This document shows, in pieces, positions 37,363 to 45,222 of a stretch of 45,222 bases of DNA; positions within the stretch are counted from its first letter, which is position 1; the number at the start of each line of letters is the position of its first letter. The stretch lies in the NCBI GenBank assembly GCA_001724265.1, contig MEDY01000249.1, positions 1 through 45,222 of the forward strand. The letters are read 5' to 3'. Below the pieces are notes generated by a model. The model was not told where the DNA came from, ran no database searches, and saw only the letters and a list, made by a program, of their open reading frames with translations. The translations under genes and the position numbers were made by a program. The DNA comes from Rhizaria sp. SCN 62-66. Taxonomy: Eukaryota.

Positions 37363-40300
37363 ATGGGCTGTGGTGCTTCTCAAGTGGCTATGTCTCCCCC
37401 GGACAAGAACAAGTACGTCCTATCTGCTCGGTCAACGTTTGAACTACATTCACATCTACAGGCTCACAACAACAGCCTTTAATGCCGCCATCTGGATATA
37501 TAACGGTAAACTTACTCATATGTTTTATTTCCCTCGTTCACTTCATTCTAATTTGTTTATCAGCAACACGAACAAGCCTTCCTCCAACAACAACAAGAAA
37601 CCCAAGGATGCGTCCTCCACCGCCGGCGTCACCAAGACCGGTGCTACCCCCGCCGGCGCCGACGCCAGCGCTGGCTCCAGCACCACGACGGCCGCGACCG
37701 CCGTGGCCGTTCCCGGCTCTGATGCTGCGGGGCACGAAGATGACGAGGAAGACGATGACGACGACGGGGGCGACTCGGCCCGCGCCGGCGGCTGTCCTAA
37801 CGCTCCCCGCGAAGAGGACACGATCGTCGTCACTGACCCGGCTGCGACGCCGCCGTCCATCGCCGCGCTCGACATCCACGCCAAGTACGACCACAGCGAC
37901 GCCGCGACGTGGGCGGCCTACCTTTCCCGCGCCGCCGAGACCGAGGCGTACCTCAAAGCACTCGATAAAGCCACGCCTAAGGCCGCTCCCTTACCGCTTC
38001 CGGACGATGTGCAATACGTTCGTCCGTTTTTGTCATCGACGTTCCGCGACTTCAACAACGAGCGTGACATCGTGTTCAAATCGGCGTTTGCAGAGGTCGA
38101 GAAGCTGACCGTGGAACGCGGTCTGTTCTTTGCGCCACTCGACCTGCGTTGGGGTATCACCAACGAACAGTACGTTAAAACAATATATCTCAACACAAGA
38201 CAAGAAGTACTTTATTGATATCACTAATTTTGTGTGTGTATTTTTTGATTAATTTTCATGTGATTTACTTTTGACGTTAGTTATATTGTCTCAAATTCCA
38301 ACTTTAAATAATGTTTGTGTTGTTTCTTCCCGCAACACTAGGTCCTCTGGAGGTGAAGTCATCAAGATCTGCTTGGAGGAAATCGACCGTTCGCGTCCCT
38401 ACTTTGTCTGCTCCATTGGTTTCCGCAACGGTTGGGCCCTGCACCCTCTGGACGACCCCAAGGCTTCGTGGGTCACTCTGCTCGACAACACCTTCGACAT
38501 CGGCATCGACGCCTTCCCGTGGGTTAAGGAGTACCGCGACCGCTCCGTCACGGAGCTCGAGATCCTACACGGTATGCTGCGGCCCGAGACGCGCCACCTG
38601 TCCCCGCGCTCGTTCGTGTACATGCGCTCCGTCCAGTACCTCCGGTCAGAGGTTTCGGCCGAACAGCGCGGTACATACGCCGAGATGGGCTGGGCAGAGC
38701 AGAAGCTCTACGATCTCAAGCGCTCCATTATCCAGGCTGGTTTCCACATCAAGTTCTTCGATACTCCGGAGCAGTGGGCTGATATGGTCAAGAACGACTT
38801 CATCACCTCGCTTGATAAGGATTTCCCTGTCTCTCAGTTCTCCCCCCTCGACCTCGTACGTCATTACAAAACAACAAGCAAAATTCAGAGTGAGAACTGC
38901 AACATGGCGATCAAATATTTGTATTGCTGCTAAAAATCGTAATGTTTAAACTGTAGTTAACAGCCTCTATATGACGCATGCTACGCTGTTGTAGCATCGC
39001 TTGAAACTGCTTGCCCAGGAACTCGTTGCCACTTTATATATAACATGTTCTTATTATAACTCATTTCACTAACGTCTTGTGTTATATCTTGTCGTTTGAC
39101 TGTGTTGTCGGACCGCATTTCACAGGAGGTTCGCGACCACCGCAGTTTCGGTTCCTCCCGCACGCGTTGCTTCATCGGCCGCCAAGAGTACTTAGACCGC
39201 CTTGACGCCTACTTAGCCGCCCCCGTCGGCTCCCCCGACGACAAACCGATCGTGCTCCTGGCCGAGTCCGGTATGGGCAAGAGTGCCATTATCGCCAACT
39301 GGCTCGCGTCAGTCCGCGCCCGCCAGCGCAACAGCAAGTTCCCCGGTGCAGCTTACACCGGTGGCTACCGCGTTGATGCGCCCGGCGCGGCCTCTGCGCG
39401 TTCCGCCGACGCCGCCAAGGCTCTCAAGGCTGAGGCTGCGGGCGGGGTCGGCCGCTCCGCCGCCGCCGCCGCCGCCGCCAACGCCGCTGCCGAGGGCAAG
39501 AGCGGCGCGGGCGCGGGCGCCGGTGCGGGCCACAAGCGGTCCAACAGCAGCGCGATGGTGGCCTCGGGCGGCAACAGCATCGGCTCCGTCACGGACGGCG
39601 CGGGCGTGCTGCACCTCAACATCGCGCTAGTGCAAGACCGCTTCATCGGCTCCACGTCGGACTCGACGTTGGCCTCGACGCTGCTGTTGTGGGTGCTGGA
39701 GGAGCTTAACTCCGCGCTGGGCCCGTTCTACATCGACGGTGAGCTCGCCGTGGTGCCCAACTCGGCCCAAGAGCTCTACGAGATGTGGCCCCTCTTCCTC
39801 CAGGTATGTGCTTAACGTGAACAATCGACTCCGTTTCAAATATTCTGTTCTCATACATGTGCTGGTAAAAGCTGTGTGCAATGTTTTTATCATGATGTAA
39901 ACGCGTCGCCTACTGTTTTTATTTCACTATTAATCTCCCTGAAGCTCTCTCATCGCTATCCAACTCGATGTTCTTGATGTTGCTCTCTTGCGCTTTTCAG
40001 GCTGCTTCTGCGAAGGCCCCGATCGTGCTCGTCTTCGACGGCCTCGACCAGCTTGCTGCGGACAACGACGGCCACTACCTTACATGGTTGCCCATGCAAT
40101 TCCCTCCCGGTGTCAAAGTCGTGTGCGCTACTGTCCCCAACCACCTCACTGCGGACCAGGTCAAGCGCCGTGGCTTCCAGGTATGTATCCACTTATCCAA
40201 TATCTCTGTGAGTCAATCAACTATTTGGGCACCATTCAACTCCGTATGATTTATCGCGCCAAGTTTGTGTCATGCTCAAGTGTTCTTTGTTCATCACGTC

Positions 40301-43300
40301 TTGCTTACACTCAATTCTTTGCCCGCTATTCTTTATACGTTGTCTTTGTTCTGGCTGTAGGTCTTGAACGTTGCCCCACTGAAGCCCGCCGAGGCGCGCT
40401 CACTGTGCATCGAGTACCTCGGTATCTTCGGCAAGCAGCTCGACAACGCTCAGCTCTCGATTATCCTCGCCAACCAGCGCGTGCGCAACCCACTTTACTT
40501 GCTCACATTCCTCCAGGAAGTGCGCGTGTTCGGCAGCTTCGAGACGCTCACGTCACGCATCGACTACTACATGGAGTCCAAAACCATTACGGACATGTTC
40601 CTGCGCGTCATCCGCCACCTCGAGGAAGACTTCGACTCGCCCGCCGCACCGCACTTGGTCCGCTACACGCTCTGCGTTATGGCCTGCGCGCGCGCCGGTA
40701 TCAACGAACGCGAGCTTAAGACCGCCGTTGAGTCAGCGCTTGGCACCAAGGAGTTCCCCAACATGACGTTCGCGGCGCTGATGATCCGTCTCGAGTCGAG
40801 CCTCATCGACCAGCACGGGTTGAAGATCTTCTCACACTCTTATCTCCGCGACGCCATTGTCCGTTACTACCTCGGCGCCACGGCCATCGCGCCCGCGCCC
40901 GTCAAGGTTCCCGCAAACCTCCTCGTCGACGCCTCCACCGCCACCACCGCGGCAAACGGCGCCGTCGTCCCTTCACCGCAAGCCAGCAGCGGCGGCCCCG
41001 GGTCTCTGCCGGCATCCCCGTCCAACGCGGGTGCCCCCGGTCCGGCCAAGGCCGCGCCCGGTCGCGGCGCCCCGCGCAGCCGCACAGTGAGCGCACCGCA
41101 CGGCCGCGAACTGCGCGTGTTTTGCCACCAGTTGCTGTCAAGCTACTTTACCAGCACCAAGGCTAGCGCGCGCAAGGTGCAGGAGCTGCCGTGGCACGTG
41201 TACGTGCTGTGTCTCATCTCGGCACAGGCCAACGCGGACCCAGATACGGTCAAGGCCGCGCAGAAGGCCGCTGCGGAGGCCACGGCAGCCGCGCTGCGTG
41301 ACTCAACCGCTAAGGAAGCCGGGAAGAAGGGCGGTAAGATGAAGATGAGCAAGAAGAAGGCCGCTGAGCAGGCCGAGGCCGACGCCGCGGCCGCTGCAGA
41401 GGCCGCCGACCCCGGCGCCGCAGAGGCCACCGCGGCGTCGCTGTCGGCCGCCTCAGAGGACAGTATCATGGCCATCACGATGCTACCGCTGGGTGCGTTT
41501 GGTCCCATTGACGCCGCGCTCGCCGACCGCCTGGCTGACTTGCTGACCGACGTCGCTCTGTTCCCCATCTTCAAGCTGACCGAGTTCAAGTTCGACCTGC
41601 ACAAGTACTGGCAGCTGCTCGAGCGCCACTCGCCCGGGCGCAAGTACGCGCGCCCCGCTAAGGCCTACTACGCCACGCTCAAGAAGTTCCAGGTACGCAA
41701 ACCAAATATTGATGGTTTTTTTATATATCATCATGAAGTCTTCGTATATTGTGCTAATTCATTTTCAATTACTTACACCGTCTTTGTAATCTTTAATTGT
41801 ATATCATTTGTTTGATAGGAGGAGCACCAAGAGGTGTCTCCCATCGAGTTTGCGCGCCTGTGTAACGACATCGGCGCCTTCTTGGCCTCAACCGACCGTT
41901 ACCACGGTGCAGACGTCTTCTTTGATCAGGCCCTCGCTATCGAGAAGCGCGAGAAGGGCCCCTGGCACCCCGATATTGAGTTCCTCACCACACTCAAGGC
42001 GAACCTGTTGTATAAGCAGGGCCGGTACCAGGAAGCGCTGCCGCTGTACGAGGAATCGCTGCGGATCGTCGAGCGCAACAGCGCGCTGCTGGACGCCTCG
42101 CGCGGGCCCGTGTTGCGCATTGCGCTGGCGAACCTGCTCAAGGAGCAAGGCCAAGTCAGCGAAGCGCTGTCCCTGTATGCTGTCTCACTTGCGAAGCAGA
42201 AGGCGTCGCACGGCCCCACGTCGCCCGTCGTCGCCGTGTCGATGACCAACATGGCCGACATGCACCTGCGCCTCGGCTCCCCTGATAATCTAGCGCAGGC
42301 GATCGCGCTGTACGAGGAAGCGCTGCGCATCATGGAGACTCACAAGGGCAAGACGCACCCCACCGTGGGCTCCATCGTCGCCTCGATGGGTTCGGTGTAC
42401 GACCAGCTGGGCCAGCACGGCGCCTCGATGATGTGCTTCGAACGCGCGCTTAAGATCAAGCAGCAGGCGCTCGGTCCCGACCACGTCGGTAACTGCGTGC
42501 TGCTCAATAACATGGCTACATCTCTCGCGGGGCAGGGCCGGCACCAGGACGCGCTGGCGATGTTCAAGCGTTCTCTGCAGATCCGCGAGGAGACCCAGGG
42601 CACGGATCACCCGCACGTGGCGCCCACACTGGCCAACATCGGCCGGTTGTACCTTGCCATGGCAGACGCCCGCGCCGCGGCACGCGACGCCAAGCGCGCC
42701 GAGGCCAACAGCAGCAAGAACGCCAACCGCAAGGGCGGCGATCACTCTGACGACGACGGCGACGGTGACCCCGATGCGTCGGGCGTGTTCGGCGCCAGTC
42801 TTGACGTCGGCGAGGAAGACTTGGAGTCCGCTCAGTACATCTCTGAAGCCGTGATCTACTTCAAGCGCGCGGTGACGATCATCGACACGGCGTTCGGCCC
42901 CACGCACATCTCGCTCATCGACGTGCTGGATGACCTTGCCAAGTCGCACTCGCGCGCCGGACTGCACTTCGAGGCGCTGGCGGGGTACCAGCGCGAGATC
43001 CAAATCTTCTCGCAGCAGCAGGCGCTCGCCGAGGCCGATTCCGCCGCCGCGGCCGCCGCGGCCGCCGCCGAGGCAAGCGCGAAGGGCGCTAAAGGCGCCG
43101 CAGCGAAGGGCCCCGGTCCGTCGAAGCCGCCCGGCACTGCCGGGCTGAGCGTGGACATTGCGCGCGTGCTCGGCAAGCAGGCGCAGGTCTACTCCAGCGG
43201 ACTCGGTAACACGCACAAGGCGATCGAGTGCCTCACCGCACAGTGTGAGATTCTTGAGTCGTTCAATGGGCCCAACGATACGGAGCTCGCGGACGCGCTG

Positions 43301-43942
43301 TTTGTGCTGTCGTCGCTGTATCTCGATGTGGACCGCGAGCAGGACTCGCTCATCTGCATTCGCCGGTGCTACAACGCGCGCCTTGCGTCGTTGGGCCCCG
43401 ACAGCGAGGCCACTATGGAGGCCAAGACGTGGCTCTACGACATCGCTGGTACGTTCACGTCACATCATGTTTCTCCAGTATATCATCTGAAGCAAGATCA
43501 TTTTCGAAAACTAATGTTTATGTATCTCATTATTATTGCTCATATTAGTGCGCTCATCTACTCTATCTTTCTCGTATACATCTTGCATCTACTTTGCTCC
43601 ATTTTTCGTTTTCTAGTTGTGGACCAAGACGATATGCCGTTTGAGTCGTTCGACCCCGCGACGTTCGACTTCGACAACTGCCACGTCAACATGGTCGCCG
43701 CGATCCCGCTCTCGGACTCTGACAACTCGGCCGAAAACAGCCGCACCAACGCTGCGGGCCGCCGCTCAGTCAACGCCAGCGCCTCTGCAGGCGGTGTTTC
43801 GGGCAGTACTGGTGGCCGCACCAACAGACGCGCCCCCGCAGCGGTGGTGGCGGCGGCGGCGAGCAGTGGCCGCGGCGTCACGGCGGAGCAGGTCTCGGCG
43901 CGCGCCAAGTCGGGCATCGAGGCGCTTGAGAGAGCGGACTAA
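37363..43942 (+). CDS. DUF4062-NACHT/STAND ATPase-TPR protein (nephrocystin-3/TEP1/TTC41-like), ~1771 aa: join(37363..37412,37564..38169,38342..38855,39126..39803,40001..40180,40361..41692,41819..43448,43617..43942)
   Basis: DUF4062-type motifs VRPFLSSTFRDFNNERD, LDLRWGI, ICLEEIDRSRPYF, DRSVTELEI. P-loop region: FIGR, Walker A AESGMGKS, Walker B IVLVFDGLDQL, WLP, NPLYL, FSHSYLRDAI. Kinesin-light-chain-type TPRs with HGPTSP, GKTHP, LGPDH and GTDHP linkers. N-terminus MGCGASQ. Seven GT-AG introns keep frame. Confidence 0.9.
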
Positions 43943-44545
43943 ACAAACATGTGATTCGTGTGCGGTGCGCATAAGGTGCGCTGCACTGAGGACGGACAAG
44001 CGAAAACGTTTCGTTGTTCTACATGATGTGTGTGACCTTCACGGTTGATCATATTTGTGGGGAGCATGAGGGTTTTCCTTTATCAAACTTATCATTAATA
44101 TTAGGGATTCAAGCATTTCAGCGTTTCTGTAGAGAGATGAACGCGTTTGCGATGGATCATGTAGTCGCCGGTTGATGAATATTCGAATGTTTCTGTTCCT
44201 TTTCTTTGAAGATAGTGAAATTTTTTTTAGGCTGACTCTTTGCAGTGACACCACAACAACAAAACACAGTGTGGTGCGTATACGTATAATGAGCCAAAGA
44301 TGACTTGACAGGTTGTTTGTGTGCATCGATTATGTGTGCATCGATTAAACTCAATACGGATGATGTGATGTCCAATTGGCATTGTGCTTCAATACAAGTA
44401 CGTCCTAATGTTCGTGACATGTAGTTCACGTTAGTTTTTATCGTGTTAGCATAGTCTGGAAGCACCGTGGAGCTTAAACTCTGTTGCTCTCCGAATGAGT
44501 TGTCAGCCAAAGTGTGTGTGTTGGGGGTGGCGTCTGCGCGTCCTA

Positions 44546-44935
44546 GGTTCCAGGAGCCGCCATAACGGAGATAGAGCGCGTGGGTGAGACCGTGGCGATG
44601 ATGGGCGCAGGCTCAAAGAAGACATGAAGGTACTCGTCGATTTGCGGGACGCGGCGCATCAGCTGGGGGTGCGCAGCATAAGGCGGAAACGCACGCGCTG
44701 GAGGAGGGACTTGGCTGCAGTCACGCGCGTCATGTCGTCGCGGGTGCAAATAGAGGAGAACAATGCTGGCAACGTCGTGCTTCCTAAGCAGCAAGTCGCT
44801 GACAGATTAGTTGCGAAGCAGCAACTGCGGAGACAGTGCCATCGCGATTTGTGCCGACAAGCACGATGCCGACCGAGGGTGCGGAGCAGCCCAAGTTTGA
44901 TTGCCACGCTCTCGTCAGTCATGATAGCATCATGA
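44546..44935 (+). pseudogene. Possible degenerate coding fragment overlapping the right repeat copy
   Basis: GC-rich, exon-like stretch in an otherwise AT-rich tail. It holds a 103-aa ORF (44624..44935) with an in-frame TGA just upstream at 44585. Its C-terminal half is shared with left-end ORF 297..659(-). No homology recognised. Confidence 0.25.
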
Positions 44936-45222
44936 ACGCGCGGCGGGTCTTAGGCGCCGTCTCAACAGCAGCCTGCCTATTAATATTTATGGCCAGATGT
45001 CTGGATACATTACATTTCTCGTTTATACATTGTTTTATTCTTCATCTTCTTGCACTGTTGCCAGGGAGACACTCAATGCGTACTATCGGCGTGAGAACCA
45101 ATCAGAAGAAGATGTAAAACGAAAGTCATACAGAACACAGGCCGTTAACAAACATATTAACCTGGAATCTCTAGTGTCGATGTCATTCCTCGTGAAAACT
45201 GATCATATGAAAACACCGCCGT
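44772..45222 (-). repeat. Right copy of terminal inverted repeat (pairs with 1..451)
   Basis: Reverse complement matches 1..451. The ORF track shows shared peptides at both ends, e.g. KQQLRRQCHRD.CRQARCRPRVRSSPSLI and IGVRTNQKKM. Confidence 0.97.

Overview
Gene-dense nuclear contig from a microbial eukaryote. Exons are GC-rich, introns are short and mostly AT-rich, and the genetic code is standard; the taxon cannot be determined from the sequence alone. I reconstructed eight protein-coding genes by hand with 22 frame-consistent GT-AG introns: AMP deaminase, nucleus-encoded mitochondrial uL2, a CaMKK-like kinase inflated to ~1957 aa, an orphan RS/Cys-rich protein, an intronless ~3886-aa Ala-rich orphan, NOM1/Sgd1, proteasome ATPase Rpt2, and an N-acylated DUF4062-NACHT/STAND-TPR (NPHP3/TEP1-like, NLR-type architecture) protein. 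The most striking structure is that the whole 45 kb is bracketed by ~451-bp inverted repeats whose outer 99 bp are identical. This fits a complete linear mini-chromosome with shared subtelomeres, an invertible or mobile segment, or an assembly break at a dispersed repeat. Other notable signals are a splice-donor consensus of GTAYG with pyrimidine at +4 in 21 of 22 introns, acceptor-like sites just upstream of most start codons, and a candidate multi-stem RNA in the Rpt2/NACHT intergenic region. All family assignments come from motif recognition; no database search was run.
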